DNA from: a virus
Lineage: Duplodnaviria; Caudoviricetes
DNA: 64,000 bases
IMG/VR virus record: IMGVR_UViG_3300047392_000199
Coordinates: 7,164 to 71,163 of that record
Strand: one strand, 5' to 3'
In this document: positions 48,471 through 58,542 of the stretch, piece after piece
Layout of the letters: the number at the start of each line of letters is the position of its first letter
How positions within the stretch are numbered: the stretch's first letter is position 1
Position numbers and translations under genes: made by a program
The notes under the pieces: generated by a model
The model's database searches: none
The model's input: only the letters and a program-made list of their open reading frames with translations
Told to the model about the DNA's origin: nothing

Positions 48471-50280
48471 TAATATATGGATTCCTAAGGATTCCGATGA
48501 AACACAAGCAGCCAAAGTAGTATGGTCAACTAAAGCAATTAATGATTTAACAGTCGCTTTAGATAAAGGTTACCGTCCTCAAGTGTCAATGCCTTTTTAT
48601 GAAGGTAAACAACATTTAAAGAGAGGTAATATTGTATTTGAGTACACTGATGCTGAAATTACAGAAATTGCAAAATGCGCACATGATATTGTGTACTTTG
48701 CTGAGAAATATGCGGTTGTAATGACCGATGAAGGGATTCAAAAGGTAAAACTTCGTGAATACCAAAAAGATATGTTGAGAAACTTTCAACATAATCGATT
48801 CAATATTGTTCTAGCATCCAGACAGATGGGTAAAACCGTAACAGCGTCAATTTTTAACGCTTGGTTTATTTGTTTTAATGTGGACAAGAATACCCTACTT
48901 TTAGCCAATAAGGGAGAAACTACTAAAGAGATTATTGATAAAGCAAAAGTTGTAATTGAACATTTGCCGTTCTTTATGAAACCGGGAATTATCAAATATG
49001 ACGTTATGAACGTTCGATGTGATAATGGTTGCCGTCTAGTAGGACAATCAACTACAGCTAAAGCAGGTATTGGTTTTACTATTCATAATCTATACTTAGA
49101 TGAGTTTGCCCACATCCATCCAAATATTGTTGATGTATTCTATGAAAACGTTTATCCAACCCTATCATCTTCGAAAATATCTAGGATTAATATTACATCA
49201 ACTCCAAATGGATTTAATAAATTCTATGAAATTTGGGCAGCAGCAATTGATGGAAAGAATGCGTACACACCAATGCGAATTGACTGGTTCCAACATCCAG
49301 ATCGAGATGAAGCATGGTACAAACGAGAATTAGAAAACTTAGGTTCAGAAGAAGCATTTAACAGACAATATGGTAATGAATTCGTAAGTTCATCTTCTCT
49401 TCTACTTTCACCAGGATCCCTTGGTAAGTTAAGAAAGAACTCAGGTAAATTCGTTTTTCATGAACTAGAAGACTTTGATAATATACATATTGACGTAAAA
49501 GGATTCCTAGGATTTAAGCCAGGATTCGATATTGAAACTGTTAAAGAAGAGGGTAAATATTGGTTATTTACAATCGATATTGCAGAAGGTTCGGGCCGAG
49601 ATTACTCAGTAATTAATGTGTTTGAGGTTATTGCAATGTCTAAAAAAGAAATTGAAGCTTCTGAAAATCCAGGAGCAATGTATGATTTCTTTAAATTAGA
49701 TCAAGTTGCAGTATTTAAAAGTAATGAACATCCGATTGAAGATTTTTCTAAAATATTATACACATTGGCAATTGATGTTTTTAACTCTGAGAACGTTAAA
49801 ATGCTAATTGAATTTAATACATACGGAACAATTCTATTAAAATACTTACAGACGGTATTCCCACAGCGTAATGATTTCGATGAAGATATGATTCTTCGTT
49901 TTAAACATCGACATGATTCTAAAGGAGTAAAACCAGGACTTAGATTACGATCTGATAATAAAGCAGTATTTTGCCAAAATTTCAAGAAACTAATCGAAGG
50001 AAATAGGATAAATATTAATGAAGTTGAAACAGTTAACGAAGCTTCATTATTTGGTGTTAACAAGAGCGGAAATTATTCAGCACAAATGGGTCATGATGAC
50101 TTAATTATGTCAGCAATTATTTCAACTGAGTTTTTTGGAACAACCGATTACGCCGATTTTATTGAAGAAATCTTAGATGTTATTGACGAAAAATTACATG
50201 ATTTCATGGAAGCAACACTCTACAAGGACAACCAGTCCCAAGGAGACTTGCAATATGACATCTATGATTTATTAAGTTAA
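48463..50280 (+). CDS. terminase large subunit (gp17)
   Basis: SRQMGKT, LDEFAH, TSTPNG, DIAEG, HDDLIM. Confidence 0.95.
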   Translation: MSDNIWIPKDSDETQAAKVVWSTKAINDLTVALDKGYRPQVSMPFYEGKQHLKRGNIVFEYTDAEITEIAKCAHDIVYFAEKYAVVMTDEGIQKVKLREYQKDMLRNFQHNRFNIVLASRQMGKTVTASIFNAWFICFNVDKNTLLLANKGETTKEIIDKAKVVIEHLPFFMKPGIIKYDVMNVRCDNGCRLVGQSTTAKAGIGFTIHNLYLDEFAHIHPNIVDVFYENVYPTLSSSKISRINITSTPNGFNKFYEIWAAAIDGKNAYTPMRIDWFQHPDRDEAWYKRELENLGSEEAFNRQYGNEFVSSSSLLLSPGSLGKLRKNSGKFVFHELEDFDNIHIDVKGFLGFKPGFDIETVKEEGKYWLFTIDIAEGSGRDYSVINVFEVIAMSKKEIEASENPGAMYDFFKLDQVAVFKSNEHPIEDFSKILYTLAIDVFNSENVKMLIEFNTYGTILLKYLQTVFPQRNDFDEDMILRFKHRHDSKGVKPGLRLRSDNKAVFCQNFKKLIEGNRININEVETVNEASLFGVNKSGNYSAQMGHDDLIMSAIISTEFFGTTDYADFIEEILDVIDEKLHDFMEATLYKDNQSQGDLQYDIYDLLS

Positions 50281-50300
50281 TAAAATCAGAGATAGAAACA

Positions 50301-50308
50301 GATATATA
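50301..50308 (+). promoter_or_regulatory. late promoter GATATATA before the tail sheath
   Basis: Recurring octamer. Confidence 0.7.
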
Positions 50309-50335
50309 GAATAAAGAAAAAAAGATCAAAATAAC

Positions 50336-53212
50336 ATGGCACTAAGTCCTCAATTATTGCAATTCAAGAGTTCAGGTGTTTATCGATTAGAATTCGATAA
50401 ATCACAAACAACGAACTTTGCTACAGAGACTATCAGATTGGTAGTTGGTCACTCTAAAAAGGGCCCTTATAATACTCCAGTGTTCATTCAATCTGTTGAA
50501 GATTTTAACTCAATCTTCGGTGGAATTGATAGAAACTTAGAGAAAAAGGGTATCTTCTTCCACAGATCTGCATTTGCAGCTCTTACTAGAGGTCCAATCC
50601 TTGCCTTAAATTTAGCAACATTCGAAGCGTCTGATGAAATCAGTTATGCAGCACCAGTTACCAATGGTAGCTCTTTTACTGCAACTGCTGATTCAGGAAG
50701 CGACGAATACACTAAGTTTTTCGACACTGATAAATTCTGGTATCCAAGCGATGCTGCTGTTATCTCAACAATTGGTACAGATAACAACCGAATGATTAAC
50801 TTCATTAACATCAAACAAGAGCCAATTACTATTTTTGTAAGAAAGGCACAAGACGTTGCTACATTCGAAGTTACTGCTAGAGAGTGGTACGGAGAAGGTA
50901 ATGTTCCTGCATTCTTAAATGATAAAGATTATTTGTCAGATTTTATGGTAGACGTTTTCGTTTTCAAAGGTGAATTCGATGCTGCTACTTTAGCAACTGA
51001 CCCAGTTTACAAAAACTATTTTAACACAGACGGTTTATTAAAAGACCAATTAGCTGCTTTCTCTAATTTAAGACAAGTTTCTTTAATTGCTCAATACACT
51101 GGTTCATTAATTCCTAACTTCAAAGACCTTGAAGGTAGAAACATGTATGTTGAAACAATGATTAACGCAGAAGCTAGAAGAACTGGTTTATTCTGTGCAG
51201 TTGATGAAGATAATGTACAAGATGAAATGGGAACTAATGTTGATTTAGTTGGACACGTATTTGATAAAGATCAAAATTACGATCTATTATCTTACAAAGT
51301 AAACCAAGATTTAAATCCAGCATCTGGTACTACAGTTTCTTTAGGAGCTGGTCACGTTGAACAAGCTCAAACTAGTTTAATTTCTGTTCCTACTTTAACT
51401 GCTTCTGGAATTACTGCTTCAGGTTCAGTATTGAAGATTTATTCTACAACTAACCTATCTGGAGATTTTACAACTTCTAAATATCTTAAAACTGGTGCTT
51501 CTACTTGGGGTATTATTACTGGATCACAGTATATAACTGGTGCTGAACCATATACTCAAGTAACAATCACTGGAACTGTATATGCTTCTGCTTATACTTC
51601 ATTAGTAGCTGCTGATAATATTCCTTATGGAACATTTAATGCTGCTGTAACTGAAGTTGGAACTGGTAATGATGCTAATAAATTATTTGCACACCATTCT
51701 GATTTAACTTCATTAATTGCAGTTGGAAGCTTTATTCAAGCGCAAACAACTGGAGAATATGTTGAAGTAACTGGAGTTTCTTATAATCCTGCAGTAGGAG
51801 TTGATAAAACAACTATCACATGTGATGGAGCTGTTAAAACTGCATTAGGTGGTTTAACTTCATTTAAAAAATATGCAATTACAACCAAGAGAGTTATCAC
51901 TTATAATGGTACTGAATTAAATGCAGCTGGTAATGGTAATGTTACCGCAACTTATGCAAACTTAGGTGGTGGTATTTTCACTTTCACTTATGCATCTGCA
52001 ATTTCAACAGTAACTCTTAAGAAAGGAATGTATGTTCCTTCTACAACTTCTGGAAGACTTGCTAAAATTAAATCAGTATCTAAAGCAAATACAGGAGGAA
52101 CAACTTATGTTGTAACTGTAACTTGTGATTCTGAAGTACCTAATTCATTCGGTGGACAATATGTTGTTTCTTTTGAAGAAGCAACTGACGTATATGTACC
52201 ATTTATTTTATCTAAAGCTTCTATTGGTGATAAATCAATCGCAGATTGTTTATTAGCATTAAGCGGAACTAACTTATTTGACGCATTAGCTGACAAAGAT
52301 TTAATTCTTTACAGATATATCGTTGATACTTTTGGTTCTTATGATACTGTTGAAGGTATTCAAAACAAGAAAGAACTTTCTTTCTTAGCACACGAAAGAC
52401 AAAATGTTGCAGCTATCTTAAATGCACCAACAATTGCTGATTTCAAAAAATCAACTAATCCATCATTTACTGATGCGAGTGGAGCATTTGATGCAATGTA
52501 CTTAAAAGATGGTGGAAACTTGGATAAAAATCCAACTGCATTCTATACACTTCCTTCAATCAATGATGGAGCTAACTATGGTTTCTATTATGGTCCTGGT
52601 TTATTAATCAGAGAGAACGGAAAAGACATCGTTGTACCACCAGCTGCTTACGTATCTAATAACTACATTGATAAATATTCAACTGCATTACCTTGGTCAA
52701 TTATTGCTGGTCCAAGAAGAGGAGTTGTATCTGGAACTGGAGTTGTTGGAGTTGAATACGCTTTTGATAAAAATGATAGAGATGTAATTGAACCATTTGG
52801 TATCAACCCTATCGTTTTCCAAAGAGGAGTAGGTTTAACTATCCTTGGAAATAAAACTGGTCAACAATCAGTTAAATCAGCACTTTCTTCTGCACACGTA
52901 AGAGAAGTATTGATCCACATCCAAGAAGGTTTAGCTAATATTCTTAAAGGTTATGTTTTTGAATTTAACACAGCACAAACAAGATTGGAAATTAAAACTT
53001 TAGCAGACGCATTTATGGCATCAGTTAAAGCAGACCAAGGTGTTTATGACTTTAAGAACGTTATCGATCAATCAAATAACACTAATGAAGTTATCGACAA
53101 CAACATTGGTATCTTAGATACATTTGTTGAACCAGTTAAAGGTTTAGAAATCGTTGTTCATAGAACTACAGTATTAAATACTGGCGAAATCCAAACTGGA
53201 AACTTCAGCTAA
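50336..53212 (+). CDS. tail sheath protein (gp18) with large central insertion
   Basis: SSGVYRLEFDKS, KGPYNTP, PWSIIAGPRRG, INPI, FEFN, NNTNEVIDNN. Confidence 0.9.
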   Translation: MALSPQLLQFKSSGVYRLEFDKSQTTNFATETIRLVVGHSKKGPYNTPVFIQSVEDFNSIFGGIDRNLEKKGIFFHRSAFAALTRGPILALNLATFEASDEISYAAPVTNGSSFTATADSGSDEYTKFFDTDKFWYPSDAAVISTIGTDNNRMINFINIKQEPITIFVRKAQDVATFEVTAREWYGEGNVPAFLNDKDYLSDFMVDVFVFKGEFDAATLATDPVYKNYFNTDGLLKDQLAAFSNLRQVSLIAQYTGSLIPNFKDLEGRNMYVETMINAEARRTGLFCAVDEDNVQDEMGTNVDLVGHVFDKDQNYDLLSYKVNQDLNPASGTTVSLGAGHVEQAQTSLISVPTLTASGITASGSVLKIYSTTNLSGDFTTSKYLKTGASTWGIITGSQYITGAEPYTQVTITGTVYASAYTSLVAADNIPYGTFNAAVTEVGTGNDANKLFAHHSDLTSLIAVGSFIQAQTTGEYVEVTGVSYNPAVGVDKTTITCDGAVKTALGGLTSFKKYAITTKRVITYNGTELNAAGNGNVTATYANLGGGIFTFTYASAISTVTLKKGMYVPSTTSGRLAKIKSVSKANTGGTTYVVTVTCDSEVPNSFGGQYVVSFEEATDVYVPFILSKASIGDKSIADCLLALSGTNLFDALADKDLILYRYIVDTFGSYDTVEGIQNKKELSFLAHERQNVAAILNAPTIADFKKSTNPSFTDASGAFDAMYLKDGGNLDKNPTAFYTLPSINDGANYGFYYGPGLLIRENGKDIVVPPAAYVSNNYIDKYSTALPWSIIAGPRRGVVSGTGVVGVEYAFDKNDRDVIEPFGINPIVFQRGVGLTILGNKTGQQSVKSALSSAHVREVLIHIQEGLANILKGYVFEFNTAQTRLEIKTLADAFMASVKADQGVYDFKNVIDQSNNTNEVIDNNIGILDTFVEPVKGLEIVVHRTTVLNTGEIQTGNFS

Positions 53213-53245
53213 AATTAGATATATAAAAAAACAATAAAAAACAAG

Positions 53246-53800
53246 ATGGCTTTACCACATTATTCACAAGACCAGACAAGCAGAAAAGGTTCTCAATGGG
53301 AACCGGTACAAAGTAACCTTTTTGAAGTTACTGTTATTCCACCTGCAGGTGTAAAAGGTTCTCCATTGTTATTACAACACGTTAATAGCATCGGTGGTTT
53401 GGATCTATATAGAGAAGTTTCTGAAGTTCAACAAAAGTACAAATTCGCTACTCGTTCTTACGCTGGTATGCCGGACAATACTTCATTGGACATCAATATC
53501 AATTTCTCTTTGAACTTAAATGATTCAAATCAAGCTTACCTATATAAAACTTTAAGAGAATGGTATAATTTACAATACGATCCTCAAACAGGTTTAATGG
53601 GTTTGAAGAAAGATTACACTGGAACTTTAGTTATCGTTCAGTTCAATAGAGCTGGAGATATTTACAGAACAATCACTTTAGAAGATTGCTTTATTAAATC
53701 AGGATTACCGTTTACTAACGAATTAAGTTATGACTCAACAGATCCTGCTACTTTAGAAGTAACTTGGAAGTGCGATACTTTTAAAGAAGTATTAGCGTAA
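53246..53800 (+). CDS. tail tube protein (gp19)
   Basis: Follows the sheath gene; NLFEV, LREWYNL, QFNRAG, ELSYD. Confidence 0.8.
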   Translation: MALPHYSQDQTSRKGSQWEPVQSNLFEVTVIPPAGVKGSPLLLQHVNSIGGLDLYREVSEVQQKYKFATRSYAGMPDNTSLDININFSLNLNDSNQAYLYKTLREWYNLQYDPQTGLMGLKKDYTGTLVIVQFNRAGDIYRTITLEDCFIKSGLPFTNELSYDSTDPATLEVTWKCDTFKEVLA

Positions 53801-53815
53801 TTTAAAATTTTACAA

Positions 53816-53845
53816 AAGGGATGGCGAGAGTCATCCCTTCTTTTT
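53816..53845 (+). terminator. intrinsic terminator
   Basis: AAGGGATGGC-GAGA-GTCATCCCTT followed by a T-rich tract. Confidence 0.8.
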
Positions 53846-53879
53846 GTAAAGAATATATAATATATTATTAAGATAATCT

Positions 53880-54098
53880 ATGTCAAACAAACTAACCAGG
53901 AAACTTCAGGTATTAATTACCGATGAAGAAGTCCAAGCTCTTAACATAATCATTTTAAATGATGCGTTAGAAGCTGAACAAAGACCTATTTCAGTTTCTG
54001 CGTTTATTAGAGAACTAATAAGACGAGAAATTGATCGACGTCCCGAATTAAATAAAGAATGGGACAAAACAAAAGTTAAACACTTAAAATCAAAGTAA
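53880..54098 (+). CDS. small ribbon-helix-helix-like DNA-binding protein
   Basis: KLQVLITDEE...SVSAFIRELIRREI. Confidence 0.55.
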   Translation: MSNKLTRKLQVLITDEEVQALNIIILNDALEAEQRPISVSAFIRELIRREIDRRPELNKEWDKTKVKHLKSK

Positions 54099-54099
54099 T

Positions 54100-55065
54100 A
54101 TGGCAAACAACAAGAATCAAAACGACGAAACAAACATGGAAGAACAGTACCGTAAAATGGTAGAAGCTAAAGAAGCTCAAGGACATCAAGTAGAAGAGAG
54201 AGTTGACTTAGGAAAGGTAAACATGGATCGCTATGCAACACAAACAGCAGCAGACCCAGATTTGCACTTAGGTTATCATTCAATTGATATTACTGGATTA
54301 CCATCAGGCGGAAGATTCTATCCAAGTGATGCTAAAATGGCAATCAGACCGGCACAAGTTGCTGAAGTACGTCATTTCTCAACTATCGATGAAGGTAACT
54401 TATTAGATATTGAGGACAAATTAAATCACATTGTAAAAAACTGTGTTAGATTCCAATGCGGCGCAAAAGTACTATCGTACAAAGACATCTTAGAAGAGGA
54501 TAGAATTTATATTCTATTATCAATCAGAGACTTAACGTTCCCTGAACCAGAATCTAAATTAACTATTAAAGCAACAACTAAAGATGGTGAAGAATTCGAT
54601 GCTGAACTTTCAGCTAGATATTTTCAATTATCTCAAATTCCAGATGAAATTGCAAAATATTATGACGATGAAAAACGTGCATTTGCAATTCAAACTAAAA
54701 GCTTTGGTACAATTCTTATGAGACCACCTTCAATTGGTGTTATGGAAGCAGTAACAAATTACATTAAAGTTCGTCAAGTTGAGAAAAAAGCTTGGGATCA
54801 ATCTTATTTACAAATCATTCCTTACTTAAGTTTAGATTGGAGAGGATTTAATGATGAGAAAATCTTTAAAGGTGAAATCGAGTTCCACAGTTGGAACACA
54901 CAAAAGTATTCATTAATATATAGACTCGCAGAAAAAATGCGAATTGGGGTACAACCTGAAATGTTGGTGCCACACGAGGATGAGGAGGTTCTCGTTACTA
55001 TCGGCTTTCGTGACGGGATCAAATCTCTTTTCGTTGTTCAAGATATCGCTGGAGAACTTCTTTAA
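54100..55065 (+). CDS. baseplate hub assembly / tail assembly chaperone (gp26-like)
   Basis: LPSGG, IRP, DRIYILLSIR, MRPPSI, ending GIKSLF; between tube and tape measure. Confidence 0.65.
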   Translation: MANNKNQNDETNMEEQYRKMVEAKEAQGHQVEERVDLGKVNMDRYATQTAADPDLHLGYHSIDITGLPSGGRFYPSDAKMAIRPAQVAEVRHFSTIDEGNLLDIEDKLNHIVKNCVRFQCGAKVLSYKDILEEDRIYILLSIRDLTFPEPESKLTIKATTKDGEEFDAELSARYFQLSQIPDEIAKYYDDEKRAFAIQTKSFGTILMRPPSIGVMEAVTNYIKVRQVEKKAWDQSYLQIIPYLSLDWRGFNDEKIFKGEIEFHSWNTQKYSLIYRLAEKMRIGVQPEMLVPHEDEEVLVTIGFRDGIKSLFVVQDIAGELL

Positions 55066-55315
55066 GACGAAGTTCTATCTCATGTATCATCTGCATTTAC
55101 AACCATCTGAGATCGATAGACTTGATTATTACGAATATTGGTACATCGTTAAAGACCTTGCAGACTATATTAAGAGACAGAATGACGGACAAAAAGGTCA
55201 AGAAGAAGGTGCAATGGAGAAATATGGAGATCCTCAAAAAATGGCAAAATCAAAAATGCCTAGTATGAAAACACCATCATTCAAAACACCAAGTTTTAAG
55301 ACTCCTAAGTTCTAA
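55061..55315 (+). CDS. gp51-like chaperone extension in the +1 frame (start uncertain; possibly reached by frameshift)
   Basis: LENFFKTKFYLMYHLHLQPSEIDRLDYYEY resembles gp51-like proteins; KTPSF repeats at the end. Confidence 0.6.
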   Translation, partial: FKTKFYLMYHLHLQPSEIDRLDYYEYWYIVKDLADYIKRQNDGQKGQEEGAMEKYGDPQKMAKSKMPSMKTPSFKTPSFKTPKF

Positions 55316-55350
55316 GCTTGATATATAGTAAAAAATAAGATTCATAGATT

Positions 55351-58300
55351 TTGAGTATCTTTAAAAGTCCATTTGAACGACTATCAGTCGACAATCTTAC
55401 ATATATTAGTACATCCACCCAGATTACTGCAGAGGCAGTTAGTCCGGGTGGAATACTATTTGGTAAGGTTGAAGAGATGGTTAGATTATTAAAAACCATT
55501 GCTAAGAATACAGCAAACTCTGGTAAACAATCCGGTGGAAATTCTGGAGGAGGTTTAGGTATTGGAAATGCCATTGCCCTAAAAATAGTTGGTGGTAAAG
55601 GACTTGAAGGTATCGGTAAAGGATTGGCTGCAATCGTTGACGCCATCGAATCTATGAAATCAAATAGTAAAGAATTTAAAGCAAAAGCAGAAGCTTTAGT
55701 TTTAACAATTGACGCTATTTCAAAAATTGGACCAGCAATTCTTAAATTTGCCGGTTATTTATTCTTAGCAACACCACTATTAATAGTTGGTATGATAGCT
55801 GCCCCATTATTTGGATTGGCATTATTCATTATAGCAAAAGTTTTACAATTTGCATCAAAACCTTTATCAGATCCAAAAACACAACAAGCATTAATTGCAA
55901 TGGGTGATGTTGCAAAAGCAATCTTATTATTTGGAGTTGCTTTAGTTTTAGCATCGGTAATTTACCCAGCTGGAATGTCTGCATTACCATATATTGTAAT
56001 TTCATTATTGGCAATTGGAGGACTCTTCTTTTTGCTAGATAAAATGGGTGTTGACAAATCTATGAAACGAATCAGTATTGGATTAATGTTTGCTGCTGGA
56101 GCTATCGTTTTATTAGGACTTGCATTCTTATTAGTAGATACAATGTATCAAGCAATGGACGATCCTGCAATGACAATGTTAATGATTGCTGGAATGGTTG
56201 TAGGTACTGCAGTTGTATTCTGGTTAGCTGGTAAGTTTGCTAAAGAGATACTTTTAGGTTCTCTTGTTATGATATTTGCTGCAATACCAATTATATTATT
56301 AGGAGTTGCGGCTTCTATCTTTGCGGCATCTATTACTCCAGATGAAGCTGGTTGGATTACAATCGGTCAAATCGGAGCATTAGTTACTGGAGTAGGTCTT
56401 GTTATGGGACTTGCTGGAGTTGCATCAGCATTTATACTTGCTGGAGCTGCAGCAATGATTGTTGCTGGACTTGCCTTAGTATTTGTTTCTTTAGGAGCTG
56501 CTGCAATGGCTAAGTTATTTAGCACAACTGATATGACTAAAATGCTTGGAGATTCAGGACATGAAACTGAAGGATTTATGGGATTTGGTGGTGGAAGAAT
56601 GATGAGTAATATGGAATGGTTGATGTTATCAATTGCACGTTCATTTACTCTTAATCCTCTTTCAATTGGATCTATGTATGCTACTGCACCCGCTATGATT
56701 TTAGTTGGAGCTGCATTAGCAACTGTTGCTTATGGAATTAAGAAAGTTCAAGATTTAAAAATTGACTATGAAGTTTTACCAGATCAAATTGGTAAATTAG
56801 TTACAGTTTTAGCTGGAGCTTTTGGAGCTATTGGTGAAAGATTTCCAGGAGGTAGAGCATTTTTATTTGGTTCACAATCTGCTGTTGCAGATGGTATTGA
56901 TGCAGTTTTAGGAATGGGAGATGCTTTAGCATCTATTGCTCAAGGAGTTCAAGCCATGGCTGACTTAAAGTTTCCAATATACACAGGAACTAAAATTACA
57001 GGTTATTACACACTATCTAATGACACCTTTAAAAAGGTTAATGATAATATCAATTTAATTGTAAATTCACTAAGTACAACCTTTGGTGAATTAGGACTTA
57101 AATATCCTGGTGGTAAATCAGGTTTCTTTGCTAGTGTTTTTGGTGGAGGAACACAATCACCTGTAGCTGATGGTATTGCTGCCGTAATGGGAATGGGGGA
57201 GGTATTAACTTCAATCGCCGGAGGAGTTCAAGCAATGGCTAATCTAAAGTTCCCAATTTACACAGGAACTAAAATTACTGGATATACAACAATTAGTACA
57301 GATACTTTCCCTAAGTTAGATGCTAATATTAAAATGATCGTTGACTCTTTAAGTAGAACATTTGGTGAAATTGGACTTCAATATCCCGGTGGTCAAAAGA
57401 GTTTAATGAATATGATTTTTGGTGGAGGTGGTAATGCCGTAACCGATGGTATTGGAGCTGTTATGGGAATGGGAGATGCTCTTGCTGAAATTGCAAAAGG
57501 AGTACAAGCATTTGCTGACTTAAAGATTCCAATCTATAAAAATGGTAAAATTTCAGGATATGAATCAATGTCTCCTGAAACATTTGTTAAAGTTGAACAG
57601 AACATTAGAATGATGGTTCTTGGTTTAACTAAAACAATGGGAGAGATTGGTAATAACCCAGATGCTCAAAGCGATTGGGGTTGGTTTGGTTCTTCTAAAA
57701 TTGAAGATGGTGTTGAAGTTGTAACAAGTTTTGCAGATCCAATTAAGAAAATTGCCGATGCTGCTAAAACATTTATGGAAACTAACGTTGATCCAGCTGC
57801 ATTAAATACTAAAATCCAAGGAGTTATTAGTGGAATGACTGGCGCTCTTTCAAGTGCTGGTAATGATACTGCACAAATAGGATTTTCAATAGCATTAGGA
57901 AATGTTGCAGATAAAATGAAGGTAATTGCAGAAAATATTGATCCATGGGTTAAATTTGTAGATAATTTCAAGAAGTATGTTGATGATATGGGTAGACTTA
58001 AAGATACCTTAAACGCATTTGATAAAGTTAACTTGAAATTCACAAGTGATATGTTCCAAGGACTTGCATATCTTTCTGGTTATAAAGGAGCTGGTTCAAT
58101 TAATCAAATGAGTTCTGCACTTAATGATTCAATCAAACAATTAACATTGATGATTGAAGAGTTTAAGAAATCTGTTGTTACTCCTCCTGCTCCTGTAACT
58201 TCAACAGTACCTAACACGTCTCCTGTTAAAGCTCCAACCGGACCTGCTGCACCTGTTGGAAAACCAAATCCAGTAGATTCGAAACCTTCAATTACAATTC

Positions 58301-58359
58301 AACAACTAGAATCTATGTTGAGTAGAATTGTTCTAAAGGTAGATACTGAAATGCCGTAA
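55351..58359 (+). CDS. tape-measure-like protein with multiple hydrophobic helices
   Basis: 1002 aa, Ala/Gly-rich, follows the chaperone pair, late promoter at 55320, TTG start. Confidence 0.7.
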   Translation: MSIFKSPFERLSVDNLTYISTSTQITAEAVSPGGILFGKVEEMVRLLKTIAKNTANSGKQSGGNSGGGLGIGNAIALKIVGGKGLEGIGKGLAAIVDAIESMKSNSKEFKAKAEALVLTIDAISKIGPAILKFAGYLFLATPLLIVGMIAAPLFGLALFIIAKVLQFASKPLSDPKTQQALIAMGDVAKAILLFGVALVLASVIYPAGMSALPYIVISLLAIGGLFFLLDKMGVDKSMKRISIGLMFAAGAIVLLGLAFLLVDTMYQAMDDPAMTMLMIAGMVVGTAVVFWLAGKFAKEILLGSLVMIFAAIPIILLGVAASIFAASITPDEAGWITIGQIGALVTGVGLVMGLAGVASAFILAGAAAMIVAGLALVFVSLGAAAMAKLFSTTDMTKMLGDSGHETEGFMGFGGGRMMSNMEWLMLSIARSFTLNPLSIGSMYATAPAMILVGAALATVAYGIKKVQDLKIDYEVLPDQIGKLVTVLAGAFGAIGERFPGGRAFLFGSQSAVADGIDAVLGMGDALASIAQGVQAMADLKFPIYTGTKITGYYTLSNDTFKKVNDNINLIVNSLSTTFGELGLKYPGGKSGFFASVFGGGTQSPVADGIAAVMGMGEVLTSIAGGVQAMANLKFPIYTGTKITGYTTISTDTFPKLDANIKMIVDSLSRTFGEIGLQYPGGQKSLMNMIFGGGGNAVTDGIGAVMGMGDALAEIAKGVQAFADLKIPIYKNGKISGYESMSPETFVKVEQNIRMMVLGLTKTMGEIGNNPDAQSDWGWFGSSKIEDGVEVVTSFADPIKKIADAAKTFMETNVDPAALNTKIQGVISGMTGALSSAGNDTAQIGFSIALGNVADKMKVIAENIDPWVKFVDNFKKYVDDMGRLKDTLNAFDKVNLKFTSDMFQGLAYLSGYKGAGSINQMSSALNDSIKQLTLMIEEFKKSVVTPPAPVTSTVPNTSPVKAPTGPAAPVGKPNPVDSKPSITIQQLESMLSRIVLKVDTEMP
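56790..57700 (+). repeat. three ~92-93 aa tandem repeats in the tape measure
   Basis: DGIxAVxGMG...GVQAxAxLKxPIY; GATGGTATTG copies at 56890, 57169 and 57445. Boundaries approximate. Confidence 0.85.
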
Positions 58360-58362
58360 TTT

Positions 58363-58388
58363 AAACAATTTCTAAAAAGGTTATATAA
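58363..58388 (+). promoter_or_regulatory. AAAC-N17-TATAA promoter for the tRNA
   Basis: Exact motif ending 9 nt before the tRNA 5' end. Confidence 0.7.
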
Positions 58389-58397
58389 GAAATATTA

Positions 58398-58486
58398 GGA
58401 AAGATGGCAGAGTTGGTCTATCGCATCAGACTTGAAATCTGACGTACTGCAAGGTACCGTGGGTTCGAATCCTACTCTTTCCGCCA
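58398..58486 (+). tRNA. tRNA-Ser (anticodon TGA)
   Basis: Acceptor GGAAAGA/TCTTTCC, G73, CCA; anticodon arm TCAGA-CTTGAAA-TCTGA; long variable arm; GTTCGAATC T-loop. Confidence 0.95.
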
Positions 58487-58497
58487 CCAATTCTTTA

Positions 58498-58528
58498 TCA
58501 TGCGCTAGTACAATAAACTAGCGCATGA
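58498..58528 (+). other. perfect 12-bp hairpin between tRNA and HNH
   Basis: TCATGCGCTAGT-ACAATAA-ACTAGCGCATGA. Confidence 0.7.
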
Positions 58529-58542
58529 GGGATATATAAAAC

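Noticed and set aside
54944-55060. Track start (MGYNLKCW...) for the gp51-like ORF
   Set aside because: Overlaps the gp26-like gene by ~120 nt with non-conserved-looking sequence; similarity begins only near SLENFF
58398-58486. tRNA as a UGA suppressor or Sec tRNA, or genetic-code reassignment
   Set aside because: Anticodon TGA reads UCA (Ser). Genes are full length in code 11 and TAA, TGA and TAG all serve as stops.
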